A stretch of 64,000 nucleotides of DNA, taken from NCBI GenBank assembly GCA_050309605.1, contig JBNRMN010000020.1:64001-128000 (forward strand), read 5' to 3'. The translations under genes and the position numbers were made by a program. The stretch is from Anaerohalosphaeraceae bacterium (GTDB lineage Bacteria > Planctomycetota > Phycisphaerae > Sedimentisphaerales > Anaerohalosphaeraceae). Positions 31,070 through 41,521 of the stretch are shown piece after piece; the stretch's first letter is position 1, and the number at the start of each line of letters is the position of its first letter. The notes below the pieces were generated by a model, which saw only the letters and a list, made by a program, of their open reading frames with translations, was not told where the DNA came from and ran no database searches.

Positions 31070-32149
31070 TCAGGACTGTCCAAGATAACCGCTGTAACCG
31101 GCCACCACCGCCGAGATCAGCAGCAGCGCCAATCCGCTGACCAGCAGTTGAACCGTCTTTCGACTGGTGCCTTTCCACTCGCCCAGCGCCACGCCCAGCA
31201 GTTGGCTGAACAAGATCTGACTGGCCATCAGCACCGCCCAGCCGATATACGACGTCTCGCCCATCTGCGGCTCGCCGGTCTTAAAACAAATAAACTGCGA
31301 ACACCAGATCGCCCCGGCCAGCGCCGCGAAAAACAGATTCGACACCAGCACCGGCCCTTCGGGACGGACATAATCGCCGGCGGTCTTGTTCTTGATGTTC
31401 AGCAGCACACACCAGACAAAATTAACCGTAAAACCCCCCAGCAGCACCATCACCAGCACCGGCATTCCCGCCCATGCCACCGACGAGGCCGGTGAAACAG
31501 TCAGCGCCAGCTCTTCAATACGGGGCCCGCCCTGCAGGCCAAAGCTCATCCCCGCGCTCATCAGCCCGGCAAACAGCACCGCGATAATACCCTTTTTGAA
31601 ATCAAACTCCGCGACGGCCTTTTTCTTTTCATCTTCGGATAATTCTTTTTCTTTGCTCATTCCGGCCATGCCGACCAGGACAATCCCCGCCACCGAAACC
31701 ACCGCCGCCAGCACCGACACCTGGCCGGACGGCGTGGTAAACATCGCCCGAATCGCCTCAGTACCCCTGAGCATCGGCGGAAACAGCGTCCCGGCCGCCG
31801 AGGTAATTCCGGCGCCCATCGCCAGCCCCAGTCCAAAGCCCAGATACCGAATCATCAGTCCCCACGTCAGACCGCCGAATCCCCAGGCCGCACCGCACAG
31901 ATACGTGTACCACAGCTCGCCGCGCGGCGCCGCACGCAGCACATCGAAGACATTGGGAGAAACGATCAGCGTCAACACCCACGGCACGATCAACAGGCCG
32001 AACACCGCGTACACCAACCAGTAACTTTCCCAGGCCCAGCCGGTGACTTTCTTGAACGGCAGATAAAACACCGCCCCGGCCAATCCCCCCACCATAAAAA
32101 TCACAATCCCCACAGCGGGATTGACACCCGATGCAAGCAATCCGTCCAT
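31070..32149 (-). CDS. rhaT: L-rhamnose/proton symporter
   Basis: FYLPFKKVTGWAWESYW, WGFGGLTWGLMIRYLG, LGEWKG; rhamnose gene context. Confidence 0.88.
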   Translation of the reverse strand: MDGLLASGVNPAVGIVIFMVGGLAGAVFYLPFKKVTGWAWESYWLVYAVFGLLIVPWVLTLIVSPNVFDVLRAAPRGELWYTYLCGAAWGFGGLTWGLMIRYLGFGLGLAMGAGITSAAGTLFPPMLRGTEAIRAMFTTPSGQVSVLAAVVSVAGIVLVGMAGMSKEKELSEDEKKKAVAEFDFKKGIIAVLFAGLMSAGMSFGLQGGPRIEELALTVSPASSVAWAGMPVLVMVLLGGFTVNFVWCVLLNIKNKTAGDYVRPEGPVLVSNLFFAALAGAIWCSQFICFKTGEPQMGETSYIGWAVLMASQILFSQLLGVALGEWKGTSRKTVQLLVSGLALLLISAVVAGYSGYLGQS

Positions 32150-32255
32150 AACCGTCTCCTTTTTTCAAATGTCCGATGAAGATTCGTTTTTGAGATTGCG
32201 CTTTTTCCATTTCGACGCACAAGGGGATCCAGGCGAAAAATCCGCGGCCCCGGTC

Positions 32256-33524
32256 CTATCGCTTCGACAGCACATCCTTTTCGTAGCGACGCACCTGGTC
32301 AAACCACGCCATACCGACCGGCGCATTCTGCGTATGGCAATAATAATCCCATACCGCCCCGAACGGCAGCGTCTTAAGCTCTTCCATCATCGCCAGCCGT
32401 TTGGTGTAATCCATGGCCAGCTCCGCGTCCTTCATTTCCTGCGTCGGTTCGAGCATCGCATACAACAGCGCCTTGATCATATTGCGCGTACCGATCACCC
32501 AGGCCGCCACGCGATTGATACTGGCGTCAAAGAAATCCAGGCCGATGTGCACCTTGTCCAGCGTGCCGCTGCGCACCAGTTCCTGGGCAATGGCAAACAG
32601 TTCCTCGTTCAGCACCACCACATGGTCGCTGTCCCACCGCACCGGCCGGCTGACGTGCAGCAGCAATTCCGGCACGAACATCATCACCGCCGAAATCTTG
32701 TCCGAAATGACTTCCGTCGGATGATAATGGCCCGCATCCAGACACAGCAGAATCTGCCGCGACACGGAATAGCCCATATAAAACTCGTGTGAACCGACGG
32801 TATAGCTTTCGGCCCCGATGCCGAACAGCTTCGATTCGACCGCGTCCAGATGAATTGACGGGTCAATCTTGTCGGCAAAAATCGCATCCAGCGATTCGGC
32901 CAGGCGCTGGCGCGGCCCGACGCGGTCAACCGGAATGTCTTTATATCCATCCGGCATCCAGAAATTCGTTACCGTCGGCGTCCCGAACGCCTTGCCCATG
33001 GCCGTACCGATCTTGCGGCAGGCGATCCCGTGCTCGATCCAGAATTGCCGAATCCCCTTGTCCGGATGGGCCAGCGTAAACCCGTCGGCCGCTTTGGGGT
33101 GGGAAAAATAGGTCGGGTTAAAATCCATCCCGTGCAGTTTGCCCTTGCCCCAGTCAATCCAGCTCTGAAAGTGTTTCGGCTCCATCTCGTTGCGGTCCAC
33201 AAACGCGCCGCCGTTATCCAGATAGCACGAGTGCAGATTCAGACGATGTGTGCCGGGGATCAGGCTCATCGCCTTGTCCACATCGCTTTGCAGCTGCTCA
33301 ATCGTCCGCGCCTTGCCGGGATAATTGCCGGTCGCCTGGATCCCCCCGCCGGACAGTTCCGCTCCGGCCGTTTCAAAGCCGCCCACATCGTCGCCCTGCC
33401 AGCAGTGCATCGATATCGGCACCGCCGCCAGTTTCTTCATCGCCGCCTCGGTATCGACCCCCATCGCCGCATACTGTTCTTTGGCCATTGCATAGGCTTG
33501 TTCAATGCGTTTGTCCGTCATCAT
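32256..33524 (-). CDS. rhaA: L-rhamnose isomerase
   Basis: [58 protein letters not shown]. Confidence 0.96.
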   Translation of the reverse strand: MMTDKRIEQAYAMAKEQYAAMGVDTEAAMKKLAAVPISMHCWQGDDVGGFETAGAELSGGGIQATGNYPGKARTIEQLQSDVDKAMSLIPGTHRLNLHSCYLDNGGAFVDRNEMEPKHFQSWIDWGKGKLHGMDFNPTYFSHPKAADGFTLAHPDKGIRQFWIEHGIACRKIGTAMGKAFGTPTVTNFWMPDGYKDIPVDRVGPRQRLAESLDAIFADKIDPSIHLDAVESKLFGIGAESYTVGSHEFYMGYSVSRQILLCLDAGHYHPTEVISDKISAVMMFVPELLLHVSRPVRWDSDHVVVLNEELFAIAQELVRSGTLDKVHIGLDFFDASINRVAAWVIGTRNMIKALLYAMLEPTQEMKDAELAMDYTKRLAMMEELKTLPFGAVWDYYCHTQNAPVGMAWFDQVRRYEKDVLSKR

Positions 33525-33545
33525 TTTTCTCCTGAAACTGATTGT

Positions 33546-33620
33546 TCAAATCTCAATTCTTGAATTTCAAATCTCAACCCCCTTCTCTGACCTCTGTCTT
33601 CTGACCTCTGACCTCTGTCA
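33546..33620. repeat. Two adjacent heptamer arrays, (TCAAATC)-like x4.5 and (TCTGACC)-like x5
   Basis: tcaaatc tcaattc ttgaatt tcaaatc tcaa ... tctgacc tctgtct tctgacc tctgacc tctgtca. Confidence 0.8.
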
Positions 33621-34010
33621 TTCCCCCGAATACCCCATCGCCGACAAAAAGGCCATATTCGGCTGCGTCGTATCCAGCCGGGACATCTGCACCACGATCG
33701 GCGCCTCGGAAGTCACCATCAACGCATACGGCACACCCCGCTCAATCACCGCCGCACCGTCCTGTTTCAGTTCATCCATTCGCAAATGCCGACACCGCCG
33801 CGCCCCCAGAACAATGTCGCGGATAGCAACCGGCTCTTTATCCTCAAAATACACCGTCAACACAACGTCGGTCGCTGTCGATCCGGTATTGACCAGACAC
33901 ACACACTCATGCGACACATACCCGTTTGGATTTGAATGATCCGCATCGGTCAGCTTCGGAATAAATCCGTCCGGCACAACCCAGCATCGTTTTCCAATCG
34001 CCTCAGTCAC
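33618..34010 (-). CDS. Sensory rhodopsin transducer (ASRT) family protein
   Basis: IGKRCWVVPDGFIP, SHECVCLVNTG, VYFEDKEP, RRCRHLR, PIVVQMSRLDTTQ; GTG start with AGGAG RBS. Confidence 0.85.
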   Translation of the reverse strand: MTEAIGKRCWVVPDGFIPKLTDADHSNPNGYVSHECVCLVNTGSTATDVVLTVYFEDKEPVAIRDIVLGARRCRHLRMDELKQDGAAVIERGVPYALMVTSEAPIVVQMSRLDTTQPNMAFLSAMGYSGE

Positions 34011-34031
34011 GTTGACTCCTGACGTCTGAAA

Positions 34032-35105
34032 TCATTTGATCTGTCCGCTTCGATACGACTCGACTTCCCAGTTCTCAATAAATTCCCGCGCTGCATCGGT
34101 CATATAATCAATCCCGCCGAACGCCTGGGCCAACTGTTTGACAATCGCCCCGTCCAGCGCTAATTCCAGCGCCAGCTCGGCCTTTTTCGGCGTCGGTGCG
34201 ACCCCCAGCACCATCGGCCCGAACGCGACCACCTGAGGCAGATAGCCGTGCTTGTTACGAAAGGCCGCCACCGCCTCGGCTGTGGGCTTTTCGGTCAGAT
34301 AAAAAGACTTGGCATACACAAGATGATCCGGCGAGATCGGCCCTTGCGGCAGCTCAAACGCGCCTGAGGCCGCCACGCACACCGTCGGATCCTCGAACGC
34401 CTGTCGAATCATCTCCCGTGCCGCGGTCACCTCCGCCGCGTCCGGCGCCGGCCCGACCGACAATTTGCAGCTAATCGACCGACCGGCATAATGACGCTGC
34501 AGCGTCGTCATCAACCCGATATAAAGCTTGCGAATCTCATCGGCCTCGTCGGCGGCCACAAACACCCCGTGATTCTTCAAAAAAATCAACGCCGGCTCGC
34601 GCCCGAAGTCCGCCTTATAGTCAGCGACCGCCTTGCGAACCGCCATACACAGCGTATATCCCGGATCGACATAATCCAGCCACACTGACTGCGGAAACAG
34701 CGACGCGCAGGCCGCCTTGCCCTCTTTGCCGCACGTCATCCCGTTGACCAGTGCCGGGTGCGTATGCACCACATACCGTGCACGGAGCGAATCGTGCAGC
34801 GGGGCCTCGACCGAAGGGCGGCCCGAACGGGTCGGCAGGACCGCCTGCGCCATCAGCTCCTTGACCATCGCCTCGCGCGCAGAGGCCTCCGACGGCGGCT
34901 CAGCGCGATACAGCGCCCCCAGTTTGGAACGATCCAGAGCGACAAAATCTGAAGGCTTCAAGTCGGCAAGTGTGGTGCCGGAAGGTTTGACCCAAAGCGT
35001 GCTGTCGGTTTTGACCGATGTGTTTCCCCCGCCCCCGCGAACATATTCGGCCGTGCCAAATTCATGCGAAAGTTCAGTTATGACATCCAGTAACTCCACA
35101 AGCAT
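34032..35105 (-). CDS. Class II aldolase/adducin family protein, probable rhamnulose-1-phosphate aldolase
   Basis: GGGGNTSVK, KPSG, RPSVEAPLH, VVHTHP, LKNHG, SPDH, NWEVESYR. Confidence 0.82.
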   Translation of the reverse strand: MLVELLDVITELSHEFGTAEYVRGGGGNTSVKTDSTLWVKPSGTTLADLKPSDFVALDRSKLGALYRAEPPSEASAREAMVKELMAQAVLPTRSGRPSVEAPLHDSLRARYVVHTHPALVNGMTCGKEGKAACASLFPQSVWLDYVDPGYTLCMAVRKAVADYKADFGREPALIFLKNHGVFVAADEADEIRKLYIGLMTTLQRHYAGRSISCKLSVGPAPDAAEVTAAREMIRQAFEDPTVCVAASGAFELPQGPISPDHLVYAKSFYLTEKPTAEAVAAFRNKHGYLPQVVAFGPMVLGVAPTPKKAELALELALDGAIVKQLAQAFGGIDYMTDAAREFIENWEVESYRSGQIK

Positions 35106-35512
35106 CCTTTCCCAGTGTCAGTCCAATTCTCACAGGCCTTCCAGTTAAGAGTATAAGGACAATAGACAGAAATGCAATACGCCTTTTCCCACAATCAACC
35201 GCTCGATTCCATACCAATCCCGCCAAAACCACCCCATTCGAACCCAAACGAACGCTGTTTCTGTCGTCGGACCGCCGGTATCTGCCGACTTGTGTTCACT
35301 TTCGGCTGCCCGTGCTCCCAAACCCGCCGAGCGAAAGTGAATGAACAGGCACTGGCCATAACTCCATTGACCCTTCGAATACCAAAATTCGGCACTCAAT
35401 CAAAGACTTCCATATCTACCGACGACGGTAAGCGTCCTATAACAACCGCAGCCATCGGCTTGACGGAACTTGCCCCACGTGCCGGACGGGTACAGTTTTT
35501 TTCACTTCGCGG

Positions 35513-35540
35513 TTAATCGACCGGCTTGTGTTTCCGATAT
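35513..35540 (+). promoter_or_regulatory. Putative sigma28 promoter upstream of the diguanylate cyclase
   Basis: TTAA-N16-TCCGATAT, ~65 bp before ATG 35606. Confidence 0.5.
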
Positions 35541-35605
35541 AACGGCACGACTGCGAGAGAATCAAAAAGACAGACGCACAGACCTTTTACGGATACGATA
35601 GCGAC

Positions 35606-36688
35606 ATGAAAAAGGATACAACCCAATCGAACCGCCGGTCCGCCTGCTCCGGCTCAACCGGACAAAACTGCCGACTGGATCTGATCACGCCGCTGGCCAA
35701 AAAAATCAACTGTCTCGATGTCAAACGCATTGCCGACATCTGCGTCAACGAAATCCCGCAACTGGTCGGGGCGCGGCTCGCTTCGCTGTATATCCTTGAC
35801 GAAAACAGTGATATCCTGCATCTGGAAAACAACAACCATCCGTTTCTCATCAATAACATCGTCTCGCTCAATCAGAATCCGCCCTCACCGATGGTCGCAG
35901 CAGTGCGGAGCCAGGAGCTTCTGATCATCGACGATGTGGATACCCACACGGCCCCGAATATGAAACACACCCAACGGTCGTTTTCGAGAAATTACAGTAC
36001 CAAAAGCTGCATCATCGCCCCGCTGATCTGCCATGGGCGCGTCGTAGGCGTGCTGAATCTGAGCGACAAGACCGATGGAGAACGCTTTAACGAGGATCAA
36101 ATCGCCATTGTCGAGCTGTTTCGTCAGCTTGTGGGCGCCTCCATCGGCAACATCAAGCTGTTTGAAAAGACCCAGCGACAGGCCAAGACCGACGGTCTGA
36201 CGGGCATGCTCAATCACCGCACGTTTTATGAGACGTTGGAGGCGGAATTGCGGCGTACCCAGCGTTACGGCAGACGACTGTCGATCATTATGGCCGACGT
36301 GGACAATCTCAAGCCCATCAACGACAGTTACGGCCACCGCGCCGGCGATATGGCCATCAAGCAGATCGCCCGCCGCATCGGGGCCTGCATTCGGCAAATT
36401 GACGTGGCCGCCCGCTACGGCGGCGATGAGTTCGCCATCATATTGCCGAACACCTCACTGGCTGATGCAGCGGTGGTCGCCGAGCGTATGGTGACGATGG
36501 TCAAAAGCACGCCGATGATCTGGGAACAGCACAAAATCGACCTGTCCGTCAGCGTCGGCGTCGGACAATACGACGGCCACAGCGGGCCTGGCGAGGTCGC
36601 CCGCACCACCGACCGGGCACTGTATGCCGCCAAACAAGCCGGCAAAGGCCGCGTCTCGGTGTTTGAAATGACCGCCGCCGCTCAATAG
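35606..36688 (+). CDS. GAF-GGDEF diguanylate cyclase
   Basis: GAF (IIAPL..GRVVGVLNL); DGLTGMLN, intact RYGGDEF, RxxD I-site (RQID). Confidence 0.93.
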   Translation: MKKDTTQSNRRSACSGSTGQNCRLDLITPLAKKINCLDVKRIADICVNEIPQLVGARLASLYILDENSDILHLENNNHPFLINNIVSLNQNPPSPMVAAVRSQELLIIDDVDTHTAPNMKHTQRSFSRNYSTKSCIIAPLICHGRVVGVLNLSDKTDGERFNEDQIAIVELFRQLVGASIGNIKLFEKTQRQAKTDGLTGMLNHRTFYETLEAELRRTQRYGRRLSIIMADVDNLKPINDSYGHRAGDMAIKQIARRIGACIRQIDVAARYGGDEFAIILPNTSLADAAVVAERMVTMVKSTPMIWEQHKIDLSVSVGVGQYDGHSGPGEVARTTDRALYAAKQAGKGRVSVFEMTAAAQ

Positions 36689-36756
36689 TCCCGTATGAAC
36701 ATAAACGGAAGGTTCGTCCGTCCGGTTTTTCGCAGTCGGACAACCGTTGAACTTCC

Positions 36757-39123
36757 TCATTGAATCTTAAAGGTCAGCGTATCTGCCTTGAGATCGTCCG
36801 ACCGCGCGGTCAGGGTAAATTGTCCCCGTTCGGCACCGGCCCTGACCCACACATAACAACGTCCCTGATAGGCGCTGCGGCCATTGGCCCGAAACGATTC
36901 ATGGGAGAAGACATCGGCGTTGTCCACCGCCGCGATAACGCCCGGCTCATCCACTTCAAAGGCCACCTGGTTGCGAGCGGCGGGAACGAGAACGCCGTTT
37001 TCATCCACGATCTGCACTTCCACCCGCACAACGTCGTCCCAGTTCATCGTCAGCGTCGAACGCGGGGCCAGCAATCGCACGCCCGCCGGTTGTCCGGCTG
37101 TTCGATGCGCATTGACCGCAACGACCTTATCGCCATTGGAGCCGACCGCCCGAATCACGCCCGGCTCAAATTCCACCTGCCACGTCCGCGGCGAATCATC
37201 GTCGGGCTTTGTCTGTGTCCCCAGCGAACGCCCGTTAAGAAACAGCTCGACCGATTCGCAATTGCTATAGACATCCACCGTCTCGGTATGCGGCTGACGA
37301 TTCATCGGCGTCCAGTCGGAAAACTCTAGCACGCGAAAACGGGCATCGGTACTGGCCTCATAGCCCGGATCAATCGGCGACGGTTCATTGCGTCCAATAC
37401 GTCGAACGAGATGCACCATCGGCTCATCCGCCCACCAGCTTTGACGCTGATAGGACCGCGAGCGCAGCCCGCCGGCCCGGTCGATGATGCCGAACGGCGT
37501 CGAAATCGCCGGCCACTGACGCGATTCGCCCAGATAATCAATCCCGCTCCAGATAAACTGCCCCGAAAACGGAGGATGATCCCGCATGGCCAGCCACACA
37601 TTGAGATCATGTGAATTTTCCGTACCGAGAATTTTTCGCTTCGGGTTTTGCCGGTACGCGGCCAGCAGTTCGTTTTCACGGTAATTTTGACCGACGACAT
37701 CCAGCATATCCGCCAGCCCGTTGTCATAATCGCCGCTGACATTTGGCCTGAACAGTCCCTGTGTTACCGGTCGGGTCGGGTCTTCGGTATGATAGACCTC
37801 AATCAGTGACGCCAGGATACGTTTGGCCCGCTCCGGTCGCGGCGTGTCGCGTATCTCGTTGCCGGCGCTGTATATGATGACGCTTGGATGGTTTCGGTCG
37901 CGCCGCACCGTGTGGCGCGTATCGGTCAGCGCCCATTCATCAAAGAACCGGTGATAGTCGCCCCGCCGCTTGCCGACCTGCCAGACATCGAGAAATTCAT
38001 TCATCACCAGAAAGCCCATCCGGTCGCACACGTCCAAAAATTCCGGCGCAACGGCGTTGTGAGCCGTGCGGATGGCGTTGACACCCAGCGAACGAAGCGT
38101 TTCGAGCCGATCACGCCAGACCTGCAGCGGAACCGCCGCTCCAAACGCCCCGCCGTCATGATGAACGCACGCTCCTTTGATCTTGAGATTTCGCCCGTTG
38201 AGCCAAAAACCGGTGGCCGGCTCAAACCGGAACTCTCGAATCCCGAAGGGAATGATAACATCGTCCAGCGTCTTGCCCTCCGAGATGACTTTGGTATGGG
38301 CGGTGTAAAGCACCGGGGATACGATATCCCATCGCCGCGGCTCGCGCACGATAAGATTCAACTCAAACGACTCGGTTTTTCCCGCCGCAATCGGTTTGGC
38401 CGGCGAGGTACTCCGCGCAGCCGTCGTGCCGTCCGGCGTATAAATAATCGTCTCGATGGAAACGCCTCGTGCGGTCGCGGCCGCGTTGACCACGTCCGTC
38501 TGCACTCGGATTGCGGCCTGGTCATCCGTTATCTTCGGCGTCGAAACAAACGTGCTCCACTGTCCCAGTCGCACCGGGTCGGTCGCAATCAGCCGCACAT
38601 GACGATAGATTCCCTGGCCGGTGTACCACCGCGAATCCGGCTGCATCGTGGTGTCGGTTCGCACCGCAATAACATTCGTCTGACCGGAGGGCTTCAAATG
38701 CGGCGTCAGTTCATACCGCTGACTGACGTAGCCGCTTGGCCGATGGCCGAGCCGGTGGCCGTTGATCCAGACGGTGCTGTTGGCCATAATGCCGTCAAAT
38801 TCGACAAACACCTGCTTATCCGACCATCCCAACGGAACGGTAAACGCCTTGCGATACCAACTGATTCCCGTCGGCAAAAATCCGCCGTCGCCGCCGCAGG
38901 GCGCATCCGGTGAAAATGGACCGGCAATGCTCCAGTCGTGCGGCACATCGACGGTCTGCCACGAATTGTCGTCAAAATCGGGCTTTTCAGCCGCATCCGC
39001 GTCCGCCTTCATAAAACGCCAGCCGGAATTAAACGACTCAACCTGACGGGCCTCAAGCGACGGTTCGCCTACCACCGGAACGCACAGACAAAACAAACTC
39101 GAAATCAGCATTATCTTTTGCAT
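36757..39123 (-). CDS. Secreted glycoside hydrolase family 2 (beta-galactosidase-like)
   Basis: VPHDWSI, GIYRHV, GVNAIRTAHN, RDRNHPSVIIYSAGNE, GIDYLGE. Confidence 0.92.
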   Translation of the reverse strand: MQKIMLISSLFCLCVPVVGEPSLEARQVESFNSGWRFMKADADAAEKPDFDDNSWQTVDVPHDWSIAGPFSPDAPCGGDGGFLPTGISWYRKAFTVPLGWSDKQVFVEFDGIMANSTVWINGHRLGHRPSGYVSQRYELTPHLKPSGQTNVIAVRTDTTMQPDSRWYTGQGIYRHVRLIATDPVRLGQWSTFVSTPKITDDQAAIRVQTDVVNAAATARGVSIETIIYTPDGTTAARSTSPAKPIAAGKTESFELNLIVREPRRWDIVSPVLYTAHTKVISEGKTLDDVIIPFGIREFRFEPATGFWLNGRNLKIKGACVHHDGGAFGAAVPLQVWRDRLETLRSLGVNAIRTAHNAVAPEFLDVCDRMGFLVMNEFLDVWQVGKRRGDYHRFFDEWALTDTRHTVRRDRNHPSVIIYSAGNEIRDTPRPERAKRILASLIEVYHTEDPTRPVTQGLFRPNVSGDYDNGLADMLDVVGQNYRENELLAAYRQNPKRKILGTENSHDLNVWLAMRDHPPFSGQFIWSGIDYLGESRQWPAISTPFGIIDRAGGLRSRSYQRQSWWADEPMVHLVRRIGRNEPSPIDPGYEASTDARFRVLEFSDWTPMNRQPHTETVDVYSNCESVELFLNGRSLGTQTKPDDDSPRTWQVEFEPGVIRAVGSNGDKVVAVNAHRTAGQPAGVRLLAPRSTLTMNWDDVVRVEVQIVDENGVLVPAARNQVAFEVDEPGVIAAVDNADVFSHESFRANGRSAYQGRCYVWVRAGAERGQFTLTARSDDLKADTLTFKIQ

Positions 39124-39177
39124 GGTAACTGCCTCCATAAACTCTTAAAAAACCACTGTTTCTATGGCACAGCCATT

Positions 39178-40401
39178 TTAACCGCGTTTCGGCTTGTTTT
39201 CATCAAGGATTTCAATGTCTTCGGGACTTTTGATCCGATAGCGAATACCCCGCCAGACGATGGTTCGTCCGACGGCGGACGAAAGTATAACCACCAGCAG
39301 GACAATCCCCCATATCCAGAATCCCAGCCAGTCGGCCCACCGCGCCGCGCGCAAGGCCTGTTTGTCTTTCGACAGCAGTCGCGCTGCCAGTTCCTGTCGA
39401 ATAATCGCCCGAAAGATCTGGCTGCTCAAAAAGACCACAAATGCAAGGGCATATTCTGCCCGATACGGCGCGCTGACCGCCTGCCCCCAGATGGTCAGCG
39501 CCAGTGTGCCCCACAAGCCGACCACCGACAGCAGCGCCCCGGCCAGTCCGAACAGCCACAATCGCGGCGCATAGACCCGCGTAATGATAAACTGCCGCCG
39601 TACAAATTCCCACAACCGGCCCCATCTCATGGATTGATATGAGGCAATCATACACGCCGGGGCAAACCGCGTTCGCAGCCCGTCCCGGCGAATCGCGCGG
39701 CTCAGCGACAGATCGTCGCTCAGCGCCCGACGCCAGATGTGCTCGATGCCGAGGCGTTCAAAATCGCTGCGGCGAACCGCCATTGAACCGCCCCAGGCTA
39801 AATTAAACCGGGTATTGCCCAGCAACTGACACACTTTCGCATTCATCGCCGACAGGGCCAGCGTGGCCGGATGTCTGTCCTTGGGGACAAACCAGCGATA
39901 TCCGCTGGCCAGACCGATATGTTTTTTACGCAGCGGAGCGACCACCTGACAGAGCCAGTCCGGACCGGCGCAGGCATCCGAATCGGCAAACACCAGCACC
40001 TCGACATCCGGCGACATCTGATGAACCGCAAACAACAAATTATGCAGTTTTTGGCTGCAGCCCGCCGTCCGACCGGCCACCAGAATCCGCACATCCGAGG
40101 CCTCGGAACGACTGCGATGGCGCGCCTTGAGCCTCAGCAGCACCTCGTAGGCGGCATCGTCGCGACTTTCAACGACAAACCACAGCCGATATCCTGCGTA
40201 GGCTTGCTCGTAAAACGACTGGATGTTCGCCTCGAACGCTTCATCCAGCCCTTTACACGGCACAATTAAGACGCAGTGCGGCCGAAAGGTGCGCTCCCGC
40301 CGATATTTTTTCATCGCATAATGAAAATTGCTGTACACCTGAACGGTAAACGCAATTTCCACTACGATCAAAATCCCGATAATGAGTTCAAGCCAACCCA
40401 T
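39178..40401 (-). CDS. Membrane glycosyltransferase (GT2/GT21, ceramide-glucosyltransferase/HpnI-like)
   Basis: IVPCKG, SQKLHNL, VFADSD, WGGSMA, LSDD, FVRRQ; N- and C-terminal TMs. Confidence 0.85.
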   Translation of the reverse strand: MGWLELIIGILIVVEIAFTVQVYSNFHYAMKKYRRERTFRPHCVLIVPCKGLDEAFEANIQSFYEQAYAGYRLWFVVESRDDAAYEVLLRLKARHRSRSEASDVRILVAGRTAGCSQKLHNLLFAVHQMSPDVEVLVFADSDACAGPDWLCQVVAPLRKKHIGLASGYRWFVPKDRHPATLALSAMNAKVCQLLGNTRFNLAWGGSMAVRRSDFERLGIEHIWRRALSDDLSLSRAIRRDGLRTRFAPACMIASYQSMRWGRLWEFVRRQFIITRVYAPRLWLFGLAGALLSVVGLWGTLALTIWGQAVSAPYRAEYALAFVVFLSSQIFRAIIRQELAARLLSKDKQALRAARWADWLGFWIWGIVLLVVILSSAVGRTIVWRGIRYRIKSPEDIEILDENKPKRG

Positions 40402-40564
40402 TGATGCTCAAAAAAAAAAAACAATCCCTACCATTGTTTGCTGACGGAAAAATACAAACATTTGACATCCATGATTTAGATTTTTAAGATGCACAAAACT
40501 ATACTTAGAACCGGATACCACTGCAACTGAATTCTTACCGCCGACATAAGAGGCCAACAAATAG

Positions 40565-41281
40565 ATGACGATACCTGCTGATAACGGTCAAAGAACATCC
40601 CAAACGCTTGCAGGCGTTCTGAAAGCCGCGCTGCGCGACGGGGAGCGGTTTTGTTACATTAAAACAGCGAACCATTTCGCCCTTTTCGACAAAGTGGACA
40701 TTGACCCATCTGAAGCCAAAGAATTTATCAGGCAACTTGACGCCCTGACCGGTTCGGCCCGATTGCTGAAAAACGGTACCACGTGCTTTGTCTCGGCTGT
40801 CAGCCTGCATGGACGGGACTATGTCGTCAAGCGATACAACCCCAAGGGACTGCTGCACAGCATTCGACACACCCTCAAACGCTCCCGCGCCCGCCGGGGC
40901 TGGCTGAACGCCCATCGACTGCGGTATTTGGGCATTCCGACGCCTCGACCGGCGGGATTTATCGAAGAATACGCCGGCTTTCTGCTCAAGCGTTCCTGGC
41001 TGATTACGGAGCTGGCACCGGGGCCGAAGCTGTATGAATATTTGGCCGACAGTGAGATCTCAAAAGACCAGAAAACGAAGATAATCGATCAGGTTTTTGA
41101 TATATTGACCCGGCTCGACCGACATCGCATCACACACGGCGACCTCAAGCACGCCAATCTCATCATCACCCCCGACGGGCCGACGCTGATTGATTTAGAC
41201 TCCCTCAAAATACATAAAACAGGGATTTTTTACCTTTATCATCGCAAAAAAGACCTCAACGCCTTTGATTTCACCGCGTAA
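40565..41281 (+). CDS. Lipopolysaccharide kinase (Kdo/WaaP/InaA family)
   Basis: VVKRYN, SRARRGW, GIPTPRP, HGDLKHANL, LIDLD. Confidence 0.8.
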   Translation: MTIPADNGQRTSQTLAGVLKAALRDGERFCYIKTANHFALFDKVDIDPSEAKEFIRQLDALTGSARLLKNGTTCFVSAVSLHGRDYVVKRYNPKGLLHSIRHTLKRSRARRGWLNAHRLRYLGIPTPRPAGFIEEYAGFLLKRSWLITELAPGPKLYEYLADSEISKDQKTKIIDQVFDILTRLDRHRITHGDLKHANLIITPDGPTLIDLDSLKIHKTGIFYLYHRKKDLNAFDFTA

Positions 41282-41441
41282 TCCCCTCCGACCGCCGCGC
41301 GGGTGTTTGTAAATTCAACACATCCGGTGTATGGAATGCAGACACCGCCGGGGAAAAATAAACCGGCAAAAACACTTAAAAGCCGCATTTGCCTCGCCGA
41401 ATCAACGATATTATCCCCATCAAACTCAACATCAGCGATGA

Positions 41442-41457
41442 TGGCACAATGTTTGCA
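41442..41457 (+). promoter_or_regulatory. Sigma54 (-24/-12) promoter of the TPR/flagellar-like operon
   Basis: TGGCACAATGTTTGCA, exact GG-N10-GC spacing, 65 bp before ATG 41522; the operon encodes a sigma54 activator. Confidence 0.8.
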
Positions 41458-41521
41458 CACCTGATTTGTCGAACTAATAGTGCGCGATGAGAATACCGGC
41501 AAAACGACCTGACAGGTTAGA

